Shown here one piece after another: positions 1 through 8,882 of a stretch of DNA of 64,000 bases. The stretch's first letter is position 1. Each line of letters begins with the position of its first letter. Origin of the DNA: an uncultured Candidatus Actinomarina sp. (lineage in GTDB: Bacteria; Actinomycetota; Acidimicrobiia; Actinomarinales; Actinomarinaceae); contig CACJUH010000004.1 in the NCBI GenBank assembly GCA_902596545.1, positions 25,170 to 89,169 on the forward strand, in the 5' to 3' direction. The position numbers were made by a program, and so were the translations under genes. The notes under the pieces were generated by a model. It saw only the letters and a list, made by a program, of their open reading frames with translations. It was not told where the DNA came from and searched no databases.

Positions 1-321
1 CACAATTAATTTATCACCATCTATTTGAACTTTGAAGTTACTAACATCTTTAGATATTTCAATATCACAATCAATTCTAATTTTATATTTATTAAATACT
101 TCCATCATTTTTTCAAGAACTTCTGAGGATTGATACATTTGAAATTCTTGATTGTTTAGTGAACAAATAAACCAAAACATGACTTTTCCATCTGGTCCCA
201 AAAGATATGAAAACTTTGTTTCAGATTCTGAGATTGAATTTGAAATAAGTGAATCAACAAAACTAAAGGCATCTTTCCCAGAAAACTTTAAAGATACTTC
301 ACTGCTTATATTTAATGACAT
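1..321 (-). CDS. YgfZ/GcvT-like folate-binding protein, N-terminal part (runs off the window)
   Basis: Not in ORF track. Manual translation from ATG at 321: MSLNISSEVSLKFSGKDAFSFVDSLISNSISESETKFSYLLGPDGKVMFWF...FNKYKIRIDCDIE; matches the YgfZ N-terminal pattern (G.DA..F...l..N, L.P.GK, Y..R..v.i); open to position 1. Confidence 0.7.
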   Translation of the reverse strand, partial: MSLNISSEVSLKFSGKDAFSFVDSLISNSISESETKFSYLLGPDGKVMFWFICSLNNQEFQMYQSSEVLEKMMEVFNKYKIRIDCDIEISKDVSNFKVQIDGDKLIV

Positions 322-324
322 ATT

Positions 325-1032
325 CTAGATTGTACTCAGCCAATCAAGATTTAATAAATACAATATCTCTTGAAAGAAAGAGGCCAAAATATACATTTTG
401 TCTGAATAAATAAGAAAACCTATCCCAATTAAAACAAGTCCTGAAAATTTACTGGAGAATTTTTGAAAATTAACAAATAACCTATTTTTAAGATTGATTC
501 GATTTGAAAGAATCGCTATTGAAAGAAACGGTATTCCCATACCTAAGGAAAACATAATTAAATAGAATATTCCACTATTTATAGTTTCTGCCTTTGAAGA
601 AAGTGTTAATAGTGCTCCAAGGACTGGACCAATACAAGGAGTAAAGCCAAATCCAAAAGTAAATCCCATAAGTAAGTTTTTGGATTTATTGAATTTATCA
701 ATATTTAATAAATTAGAACCATAAAAATATCGAGTATTTAATTTAGGAATTAAAAGTATTAATCCAAAAAATATAATTATGAATCCACTAACTTGTGACA
801 AAATTGTGGCGTTTCTACTAAAAAAAGAGCCTAGAGTAGTTGCCAAAGCACCCAAACTAACAAAGACAAAAGAGAAACCCAGTACGAACTGTAATGATCC
901 AATTATTCGTGAAATTTGGTCGTTTTTATTTAAAGAAAATATAGCTAGATAACCAGGCACTAGTGGTAAGACGCAAGGTGAGAAGAATGATATAACACCA
1001 AAAAAGAATGCAATTCCAAAATTAAGATCCAT
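325..1032 (-). CDS. ccdA: Cytochrome c biogenesis protein CcdA (DsbD transmembrane domain)
   Basis: Six-TM protein with both redox Cys motifs, FFSPCVLPLVPGY and FTPCIGPVLG. Confidence 0.93.
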   Translation of the reverse strand: MDLNFGIAFFFGVISFFSPCVLPLVPGYLAIFSLNKNDQISRIIGSLQFVLGFSFVFVSLGALATTLGSFFSRNATILSQVSGFIIIFFGLILLIPKLNTRYFYGSNLLNIDKFNKSKNLLMGFTFGFGFTPCIGPVLGALLTLSSKAETINSGIFYLIMFSLGMGIPFLSIAILSNRINLKNRLFVNFQKFSSKFSGLVLIGIGFLIYSDKMYILASFFQEILYLLNLDWLSTI

Positions 1033-1083
1033 TATATAAATATATACTTTGATTTTTTTTATGAATATTTACGTTACTTATGA

Positions 1084-1725
1084 TTATTTGAAATTATTTT
1101 TTCTTCTATGTTTAAAGCAAATTATACATTTTTCTAAATCGTGACCTCTAGCTGGACAAAACTCTCTTCCGTAAAATATTATTTGTAAATGCAATTTATT
1201 CCATTTATCCATAGGAAATAAGCGTTTTAAATCTTTTTCAGTTTGTTCTACATTTTTTCCTGTTGAAAGTCCCCACCTCCAAGCTAAACGATGAATATGG
1301 GTATCAACTGGAAAAGCAGGATACCCAAATGCTTGACTCATAACTACTGAGGCTGTTTTATGTCCAACACCAGGTAAATTCTCCAGATCTTTAAAATTTT
1401 CTGGAACTTTAGAACCATGATCTTTATCAAGCATTTTTGATAAAGTGTGAATTGATTTAGATTTTTGTGGTGATAGGCCACAAGGTCTTATTATTTTTTC
1501 TATATTTCTTACACCAAGCTTTACCATTTTTTTGGGATTGTTTGCTTCTTTAAACAAAAGTGGAGTAATTTTATTTACTCTTTCATCAGTACATTGAGCT
1601 GATAATACCACTGCTACCAATAGTGTATAAGGGTCTTTGTGAGATAAAGGAATTGGAGTTTTAGGATATAATTTTTCAAGTATTTTTAGAATATCATTAG
1701 CTTTTTTTTCTTTATTTGTTAACAC
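1084..1725 (-). CDS. nth: Endonuclease III (HhH-GPD DNA glycosylase)
   Basis: LSAQCTDERVN, HhH LPGVGHKTA, PVDTHIHR; GTG start. Confidence 0.95.
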   Translation of the reverse strand: MLTNKEKKANDILKILEKLYPKTPIPLSHKDPYTLLVAVVLSAQCTDERVNKITPLLFKEANNPKKMVKLGVRNIEKIIRPCGLSPQKSKSIHTLSKMLDKDHGSKVPENFKDLENLPGVGHKTASVVMSQAFGYPAFPVDTHIHRLAWRWGLSTGKNVEQTEKDLKRLFPMDKWNKLHLQIIFYGREFCPARGHDLEKCIICFKHRRKNNFK

Positions 1726-1749
1726 ATCACTATTTTAAACAATATATTA

Positions 1750-2589
1750 TTGTTCAACCATATGTTGTTAAGTGATAAAAATAAGTCATTGTTTGCGCTG
1801 TTTTTTTCAGCAATGTTCTTTGGTTCAACATTTTTAATTGTTAAAAACTTATTAGATACCTTTAGTCCAACATTTGTTGTTTTCATGAGATATTTAATTG
1901 CTGCAATCTTTTTCTTAATAATCGGTGGATTACCAAAAAAGGAAACTTTGAAACCAGGTGTACTGATGGGTTTTTTCCTTTGGCTTGGTTACATTTCCCA
2001 AACTCAAGGTCTAGTTACAACCTCAACAATTAATTCAGGAGTGGTAACTGGTTTTTATGTTGTTTTGACTCCTTTTTTCTCTAGAGCAATTAACAAAACT
2101 TCATTAAGCCGTAATAACTATGTGTATTCCGTTTTGGGATTTGTAGGTATTGTTTTAATTTCAATAACTGATTTCTCCCAAATCTTTGGAAACATTTTTA
2201 CATTAATTTGTGCAATTGCATATGCAATGCACATAGTTTTTGTTGAAAGATATGTAAGCAACCTTAGCATCTCTCAGCTCATGGCAGTTCAGTCAATAAC
2301 AGGTGCTATTCTTTGCCTTCCTTTGTTGAATATAAATGAGTTTTCAAATTTAATGGAGTACATACTACCAATATTTTTTCTAGGAATAGTTGTAAATGTT
2401 GGTGCATTCTATCTCCAACTTTATGGGCAAAAAATTATCAAAGCATCTACATCAGCATTAATTTTGAGCTTGGAAGCAATTTTTGCACTTTTTATTGGAA
2501 TATTGATTGCGGGTGAAATCTTAGGATTGGTTAGCTGGATTGGAGTATTACTAGTTTTATTATCAATATTTCTAGTAATTAAAGAATAG
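1750..2589 (+). CDS. DMT/EamA family transporter
   Basis: About 10 hydrophobic segments in two EamA-like repeats; ends LEAIFALFIGILIAGEILG; start could be ATG 1762. Confidence 0.88.
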   Translation: MFNHMLLSDKNKSLFALFFSAMFFGSTFLIVKNLLDTFSPTFVVFMRYLIAAIFFLIIGGLPKKETLKPGVLMGFFLWLGYISQTQGLVTTSTINSGVVTGFYVVLTPFFSRAINKTSLSRNNYVYSVLGFVGIVLISITDFSQIFGNIFTLICAIAYAMHIVFVERYVSNLSISQLMAVQSITGAILCLPLLNINEFSNLMEYILPIFFLGIVVNVGAFYLQLYGQKIIKASTSALILSLEAIFALFIGILIAGEILGLVSWIGVLLVLLSIFLVIKE

Positions 2590-2842
2590 AATCTTCTTTA
2601 TTTAAGTAATTAATAGATTTCATAATAATTCTTAGTAAAAAAACTAGAAAGAAAAAAGCGCTAATAAGAGTTACAAGTAATCTTGGACCTGCAGTAATTG
2701 GAATCGTACAAGTCAAAAGATCTTCGCATACACCGAAACCATTTCCACCAGTTGAAATATCAAAAACAATTAATAAGGGGTATGCAAGAATCATGATTAG
2801 AGAAATCAAGATTAAAAAAACTATTATTCTTAATAAAAACAT
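2579..2842 (-). CDS. Small 2-TM membrane protein with a Cys pair in the loop, unknown function
   Basis: Fills the gap between DMT and thyX; TM-GGNGFGVCEDLLTC-TM architecture. Confidence 0.7.
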   Translation of the reverse strand: MFLLRIIVFLILISLIMILAYPLLIVFDISTGGNGFGVCEDLLTCTIPITAGPRLLVTLISAFFFLVFLLRIIMKSINYLNKEDSIL

Positions 2843-2871
2843 ATTTTAAATATTTTAATATAGTTACATAA

Positions 2872-3534
2872 ATGAAAGTTAAATTAATAAGTTATTCCAA
2901 ACCAACTGAAGAAATTGCAGATAGTGGTATAGATGATGCTCAAGAATTGGTTGCTTTTTGTGCAAGGGTTTCTAATCCATCAAACCAATTAAATACTGAG
3001 ACTAGTGAAAAATTAATAAAATATCTTATAAATAATGCCCATTGGTCACCTTTAGAAATGGTTAGTGCTTGTTTAGAAATCGAGACAACACGAGATATAG
3101 CAAGACAAATGTTAAGACATAGATCTTTTAGTTTTCAGGAATTCAGCCAACGATATGCTAACCCTGTAAAAGATTTGGAATTCATAGTAAGAGAAGCAAG
3201 AATGCAAGATCCAAAAAACAGACAGAATTCTATCGAAACTGAAAATGATGAAATATCAGAGAATTGGAAAAATAAACAAGAAAAGATAATCAAAGATGCA
3301 ACTGAAGCATATAACTGGGCAATTGAAAATGGTATTGCTAAAGAACAGGCGAGGTCTGTTTTGCCAGAAGGTAATACTGTAAGTCGTCTTTATATGAATG
3401 GAACATTAAGAAGCTGGATACATTACATTGAACTAAGATCAGCTAATGGAACTCAAAAAGAACACATGGAAATCGCAATAGCATGTGCTGATGTGATTAA
3501 CAAAATTTTTCCAATGGGTGAAAATTTAAACTAA
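2872..3534 (+). CDS. thyX: Flavin-dependent thymidylate synthase ThyX
   Basis: RHRX7S signature RHRSFSFQEFSQRY; HWSPLEM; GTQKEH. Confidence 0.96.
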   Translation: MKVKLISYSKPTEEIADSGIDDAQELVAFCARVSNPSNQLNTETSEKLIKYLINNAHWSPLEMVSACLEIETTRDIARQMLRHRSFSFQEFSQRYANPVKDLEFIVREARMQDPKNRQNSIETENDEISENWKNKQEKIIKDATEAYNWAIENGIAKEQARSVLPEGNTVSRLYMNGTLRSWIHYIELRSANGTQKEHMEIAIACADVINKIFPMGENLN

Positions 3535-3740
3535 TTGTCTAATTTAAATTTAAAAATTAAATATTCATCTGTAATTTCAACTTCTGAATCAGCAATCATC
3601 ATAAAGTCTTGGTAGTCTGTTTCTGCTTGTTTAATAAATGCCATTCTATCATCTCCCCCTACAGGTGGAATAGAACGGTTCTTTACAGCTTCAGCACGTT
3701 CTTTATATCTATTAATTAATTCTTCTACATTCAACGACAT
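3531..3740 (-). CDS. Small hypothetical protein (69 aa) co-oriented behind dnaE
   Basis: ATG start 13 nt after the dnaE stop, protein-like composition, fills the gap exactly. Confidence 0.75.
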   Translation of the reverse strand: MSLNVEELINRYKERAEAVKNRSIPPVGGDDRMAFIKQAETDYQDFMMIADSEVEITDEYLIFKFKLDN

Positions 3741-3753
3741 AATTAAATTCTAG

Positions 3754-6700
3754 TTATTTTGCCAGTAATGTACTAATTTCATTCTTAAGTTGATTGGTTT
3801 TCTTAACTTTTATTTCTTTTAGTTCTAATAATTTAGAACCCGACTTTGAGTTCACTTCCAGCTCAACTGAAGATAGTCCTGGAAATTTTTCTAACAATTC
3901 TTTTAAAAGGACTAAGTTTTTTTTGTCTAACTTTTCTTCATCAACTGATATTCTAAGTGGTGAAATATCTAAATTTTCAATCATTTTTGATGGTTCTATG
4001 ACTTCAACATCTCTGGCTCTAATAGTATTTTCAGATCCCCCAACATAAGTTCCAGAAACTTTGAGATAGATTTCTCCATCTATTGAAGCATTATATTTAT
4101 CAACTAACTTATTAAATAAGAGTACTCCTGAAGATCCTGTTAGATCTTGTATGTCAAATTGTATCCATGGATTGCCTCTTCTAGAAACTCGTTTTTGAAC
4201 ATTTGAAATTAATCCTGAAATTGTTACATTTATTTCTTCTTCGTCTTCTAGACTCTGTAATTCGATAATTGAATGGGAGGACTCAGATTTTAAAACTTCT
4301 CCATATCCTTCAAGGGGATCTTCGCTTACAAAAAAACCAAGCATTTCCCTTTCTCTTTCAAGTAGTTCTTTTTTATCCCACTCAGTGTTGTTTATATTTA
4401 TGTGTGTTGAATTAGAATCTTCCACTTCAAATAATGAACCTTGATTATTTTCTTTATTAGCTTTTAGTTCTTTTGCATTCTCAATCAATTCAATAGCAGA
4501 ATCAAACATTCCTTTTCTTGTAAGACCAAATTTGTCAAGGCCTCCCCCTTGAATTAATGCCTCGACTCCTCTTTTGTTGAGAGATCTTGAGTCTATACGT
4601 GATAAAAAATCTTCAATAGATTCAAAGTGTCCATTACTTTCTCGTTCTAAAACTATTTTGTCCGCTGTAATATCTCCTACATTTCTAACTGCAGACAAGC
4701 CAAAAAGAATCTCATTGTCATTAACTGTGAAATCTGAAGAGCTTAAATTAATATCTGGGGTTGAAACTTTTACTCCCATATCCCTAGCTTCAGATAAAAA
4801 GATTGCAGTTCGATCTTTATCTCTTTTTACTGCTGTTAAGCAAGCAGCTATGTATTCAGCAGGATAATTAGCTTTTAAATAGGCTGTTTGATATGCCAAT
4901 AATGCATACGGAACTGAATGGCTTTTGTTGAATCCATACCCAGCAAAATATGCAATTTGGTCAAATAGCTCTATCGCAAACTGTTCTGAATAATTATTGG
5001 AAACAGCTCCATCTGTAAATTTTTTCCTCTGCTCCTCCATTACTTTTGGAATTTTTTTACCCATAGCAACTCGTAAATTGTCTGCTTCTTGAAGATTAAA
5101 TCCTGCAATTTTTTCAGCAATCTGCATAACTTGTTCTTGATATAAAATTACTCCATAAGTTTCATTTAAAATACTTTCAAGATCATTGTGTAGATATTCA
5201 ATCTCTTTTCTGTTATTTGCTCTATCCGCAAATTCATTGTGCATACCAGCACCGAGAGGCCCAGGTCTAATTAATGCAACCAATGCAACTATATCTTCAA
5301 ATCTTTTTGGCTTTAAACTTCTTGAAGTAGATTGAGCTACTCTACTTTCTAGTTGAAATACTCCAGTCATTTTACCTTCAGCAAATAATTTAAAAGTTTT
5401 TTCATCATCAAGTTTTAAATTATCTATATCAAGGCTTTCACTACCAATAAGCTCTAAAGTTCTATCAACTATTGATAAATTTCTCAGTCCTAAAAAGTCC
5501 ATCTTCAATAAACCAAGTTGCTCCACTGTGTGCATTTCATATTGTGTAACAATTTCTGCATTCGAGCCTTTTTGTTGAATTGGTAAAAATTTTGTTATAG
5601 TGTCGGGAGAAATTACTATAGCTGCAGCATGAATTCCATCTTGTCTTCTTAAGCCTTCTAGACCTAATGCGATATCAATAATTTGTTTAGCTTCCTCATC
5701 ATTTTTGTATTGTTTTCTAAGTTCTTCTGACGCAGAATAGAATTCTTTACTATAACCACTAGTGTTTTCTTCATCAAGACTTAAGCACTCTGAAATAGTT
5801 GCTGTATTTCCAAGTATCATTGGGGGCATTAATTTTGCTACTCTATCACCACTAGAGAAAGGAAGTCCTAAAACTCTTGCTGCATCTCTTATTGCCTGTT
5901 TGGCTTTAATTGTCGCGAAAGTAACTATATGAGCGACCCTGTCTTGACCATATTTCTCAATAGCATATTGAATTACATCATTTCTATATCTCTCATCAAA
6001 GTCCATATCAATATCAGGAAGAGATTTTCTTCCTTTATTAAGAAATCGTTCAAAGATTAATCCATATTCAAGTGGTTCAATTCCAGTAATTCCTAAACAA
6101 TATGAAACGATTGATCCAGCAGCTGAACCTCTTCCTGCTCCTGTCCTTATATTTCTTTTTTTGGAAAATTCAATTAAATCACCAACAATTAAAAAATATG
6201 AAGCAAATCCCATAGAATTTATGACGTCTAATTCATAATCTATTCTTTCAATAATCTCAGAAGTTAAAGTCCCATATTTGCTTTCTCCCCCTTCGTAAAC
6301 TTTAATTTTTAAAAGCTCTTCTGGAGAAACGTTTTTATCTTCAATTGGAAAATCTGGGAGATAGCTGTTATCAAAATTAAATTCATAATTTACTCTATTC
6401 GCAATTGCAAGTGTGTTGTCACAGGCACCTGGATACTTATCTTCAGGAAACAATTTTCTCATCTCTTCAGCAGACTTTACATAATAACCTGAACCGTCAA
6501 ACCTAAATCTGCTTTCGTCATCTAATGTTCTATTTGTTTGAACACAAAGAAGTGCATCATGTGCTTCTGCACCATTTTCCTCTACATAATGAGAATCATT
6601 CGCAGCGACAAGTGGTGCATCTATTAGTTCAGCAATTTCCACTAAGTCATCAAGAATATCAAGCTGTTGCTTGATTCCATGATTATGGATTTCAATAAAA

Positions 6701-7251
6701 TAGTTTTCTTTACCAAATATAGATTGATATTTTTTTGCAATATCTAAAGCTTTTTCAAAACTTCTTTCATTTGAGGTATTTCCTTCTTCTACTGAACCGT
6801 CCGGTGCTAAGTGTTGTGCTAGCTCTCCTCCAAGACATCCAGATAAAGCGATTAAGCCGTCATGATGTTGATCTAAAAGTTCATAATCAATTCTAGGTTT
6901 GTAATAATAACCTTCTGTATATGCTTTACTGACTAATTCAACTAAATTTTGATATCCAATATTATTTTCGGCTAATAAAGTTAAGTGATATCTTTTATTA
7001 TTTTCTCTATCTGGCCTATCAAATCTGGAACCTGGAGTGATATATGCTTCATATCCAATAATTGGTTTGATTCCTAAATCATTTGCTTTTTGAACAAACT
7101 CCATTGCACCGTATAGATTTCCATGGTCAGTTATTGCAGCAGCTGGTTGGTTTAAATCTTTTACTTTTTTTAAATAATCAACAATTTTTGCAGCACCATC
7201 TAACATTGAATACTCTGTATGTGCATGTAGATGAACAAATGATTTAGTCAT
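3754..7251 (-). CDS. dnaE: DNA polymerase III alpha subunit (DnaE1)
   Basis: PHP domain HLHAHTEYSMLDG; GRGSAAGS; catalytic PDIDMDF; FNKSHS; C-terminal OB fold; 1165 aa with no visible intein. Confidence 0.98.
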   Translation of the reverse strand: MTKSFVHLHAHTEYSMLDGAAKIVDYLKKVKDLNQPAAAITDHGNLYGAMEFVQKANDLGIKPIIGYEAYITPGSRFDRPDRENNKRYHLTLLAENNIGYQNLVELVSKAYTEGYYYKPRIDYELLDQHHDGLIALSGCLGGELAQHLAPDGSVEEGNTSNERSFEKALDIAKKYQSIFGKENYFIEIHNHGIKQQLDILDDLVEIAELIDAPLVAANDSHYVEENGAEAHDALLCVQTNRTLDDESRFRFDGSGYYVKSAEEMRKLFPEDKYPGACDNTLAIANRVNYEFNFDNSYLPDFPIEDKNVSPEELLKIKVYEGGESKYGTLTSEIIERIDYELDVINSMGFASYFLIVGDLIEFSKKRNIRTGAGRGSAAGSIVSYCLGITGIEPLEYGLIFERFLNKGRKSLPDIDMDFDERYRNDVIQYAIEKYGQDRVAHIVTFATIKAKQAIRDAARVLGLPFSSGDRVAKLMPPMILGNTATISECLSLDEENTSGYSKEFYSASEELRKQYKNDEEAKQIIDIALGLEGLRRQDGIHAAAIVISPDTITKFLPIQQKGSNAEIVTQYEMHTVEQLGLLKMDFLGLRNLSIVDRTLELIGSESLDIDNLKLDDEKTFKLFAEGKMTGVFQLESRVAQSTSRSLKPKRFEDIVALVALIRPGPLGAGMHNEFADRANNRKEIEYLHNDLESILNETYGVILYQEQVMQIAEKIAGFNLQEADNLRVAMGKKIPKVMEEQRKKFTDGAVSNNYSEQFAIELFDQIAYFAGYGFNKSHSVPYALLAYQTAYLKANYPAEYIAACLTAVKRDKDRTAIFLSEARDMGVKVSTPDINLSSSDFTVNDNEILFGLSAVRNVGDITADKIVLERESNGHFESIEDFLSRIDSRSLNKRGVEALIQGGGLDKFGLTRKGMFDSAIELIENAKELKANKENNQGSLFEVEDSNSTHININNTEWDKKELLEREREMLGFFVSEDPLEGYGEVLKSESSHSIIELQSLEDEEEINVTISGLISNVQKRVSRRGNPWIQFDIQDLTGSSGVLLFNKLVDKYNASIDGEIYLKVSGTYVGGSENTIRARDVEVIEPSKMIENLDISPLRISVDEEKLDKKNLVLLKELLEKFPGLSSVELEVNSKSGSKLLELKEIKVKKTNQLKNEISTLLAK

Positions 7252-7279
7252 AAATTTATTGTAAAGTTTTTTTTAGAAA

Positions 7280-7945
7280 TTACATGTTCATTATTGAACT
7301 AAAATAATCAGGCATATCAATTTCGAATTCATAATCTTCATTATTTACAGTAAAGCCCAAGTAATACGATTGTAAGCAGATTGCATTCTCCGGTACATTC
7401 TTGTCTCTTTTAGCGCCATAAAGTTGATCATTTACAATTGGGGTTTTTAAATACTCTAAATGTGCTCTAATTTGATGATTACGACCAGTAACTAGGTCTA
7501 ATTCTAAAAGAGCTTTCTCTTCAGTTCTGTTTACTATTTCAAATTTTGTTATAGCTTCTCTCCCGGTTTTATTAACTTCTCTTTTTCTTCTATTTTTTTT
7601 TGATTTTGCAAGCGGAAGATTAATTTCACCACTTTTTGTATGTGGATAACCTTCTACTATTGCTCTGTACTTTTTATTAATTAATCTGTTTTTAAATTGA
7701 GATTGAAAGTATGCAAAAATATTCTCATCCAAAACACAGACCATCAATCCAGAAGTTACTCTATCTAACCTATGAACAATTCCCTCTCTTTGATTATCAT
7801 CTTTGATTGGTAAGTTAAATTCATTAACTAAAAAGTCTCTAATTGTAATTTCTTTAGAATTGCTAGTTGGATGTGACAACATTCCGTATGGTTTGTTTAA
7901 AACCAAAAATTGGTCACTCTTAAAAACTATCTCAATATTATTTAT
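7280..7945 (-). CDS. RluA/RluD family pseudouridine synthase (no S4 domain)
   Basis: LNKPYG, HRLDRVTSG (catalytic Asp), TGRNHQIR. Start uncertain: proposed ATA 7945 after GGAG, or TTG 7975/7981 inside lspA. Confidence 0.92.
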   Translation of the reverse strand: MNNIEIVFKSDQFLVLNKPYGMLSHPTSNSKEITIRDFLVNEFNLPIKDDNQREGIVHRLDRVTSGLMVCVLDENIFAYFQSQFKNRLINKKYRAIVEGYPHTKSGEINLPLAKSKKNRRKREVNKTGREAITKFEIVNRTEEKALLELDLVTGRNHQIRAHLEYLKTPIVNDQLYGAKRDKNVPENAICLQSYYLGFTVNNEDYEFEIDMPDYFSSIMNM

Positions 7946-8396
7946 TTTTAATCTCCGAGTATAAAAGCAAAACAATTCCAAAAGAAATATAAGTATCAGC
8001 TAAATTAAAACTTGGTATAAACAGAAGTTCAACAAAATCTGTTACTTTACCATTATCATTAAAAACTAGATTCCAGCCTCTTTCACCTAAGTTTCCTATT
8101 GCCCCAGCAAGAATAAGTGTAAGTGAATAAAACTCAACTGTTCCATTTTTAACTTCTCTAAATTGAAAAATTAACCAGGTGAAAACAAAAATTGAAAATA
8201 CATATGTTATTAATGTATATTCGCTAAAAAGACCAAATGCGATTCCTGTATTATATGTAAGATCAATAGTTAAGAAATTATCAATAATTACTTGTTCCTG
8301 TATGTTGTTAATTCGAATAAGGTATTTTGTTATTAAATCTAATGAAGCAAAAATAACTGCATAAAGATACGGAAGTATTTTCTTATTAAGATTCAA
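7938..8396 (-). CDS. lspA: Lipoprotein signal peptidase II
   Basis: DLITK, YNTGIAFG, GAIGNLGER, VTDF, FNLAD. Confidence 0.95.
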   Translation of the reverse strand: MNLNKKILPYLYAVIFASLDLITKYLIRINNIQEQVIIDNFLTIDLTYNTGIAFGLFSEYTLITYVFSIFVFTWLIFQFREVKNGTVEFYSLTLILAGAIGNLGERGWNLVFNDNGKVTDFVELLFIPSFNLADTYISFGIVLLLYSEIKNK

Positions 8397-8763
8397 TTAA
8401 CTCAGCACAATTTTTGCAAATAGTTGAATAAGGAATTGCTTCAAGTCTGGCAACAGGGATCGGCTCTCCACAATTCTCACAGTTCCCATATTTTTTCTTT
8501 TTGATTAAAACCAGAGCGTGCTCTACCTGGTTGAGTAAATGTTTAGTGTTTTCATCCAATGTAAGCTCTTTTTCAAGTTCAAATGCCATAGATCCTCCAT
8601 CGGCAGATGTTGGATCAGGACTTCTTTCAGCTGAAGCTTCAGAAAGTCGTATATTTTCCCTTTCTTGCTGATGTAGCTCTAACATAGATGAAAGCTGTTC
8701 TTTTTCAGCTTCAAGTCTTTTTTTGAACTTATTGATTGTATTTGGTGAAAGTTTTCTAGCCAT
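8386..8763 (-). CDS. TraR/DksA C4-type zinc finger protein
   Basis: Coiled coil plus YGNCENCGEPIPVARLEAIPYSTICKNC; usual actinobacterial position before lspA. Confidence 0.9.
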   Translation of the reverse strand: MARKLSPNTINKFKKRLEAEKEQLSSMLELHQQERENIRLSEASAERSPDPTSADGGSMAFELEKELTLDENTKHLLNQVEHALVLIKKKKYGNCENCGEPIPVARLEAIPYSTICKNCAELIES

Positions 8764-8882
8764 GTTCTTTTTATTGTTGAACGTATATTAGCCATTTTTA
8801 AAATAAATCAAAGATTTTTATATTTTTTTAAAACTTCAATAATTACACAAATTGTAAGAGAAACCCTTTAAAATTCTAAGAT

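Noticed and set aside
3754-7251. Intein or split in dnaE
   Set aside because: Length is normal and no intein splice motifs or LAGLIDADG-like insert were seen
8764-8882. Possible ileS T-box riboswitch, as in many Actinobacteria
   Set aside because: The 119-bp gap is AT-rich with no T-box (UGGNACC/GGUGG) sequence or stable stems; only a weak TTACA/TGTAA hairpin
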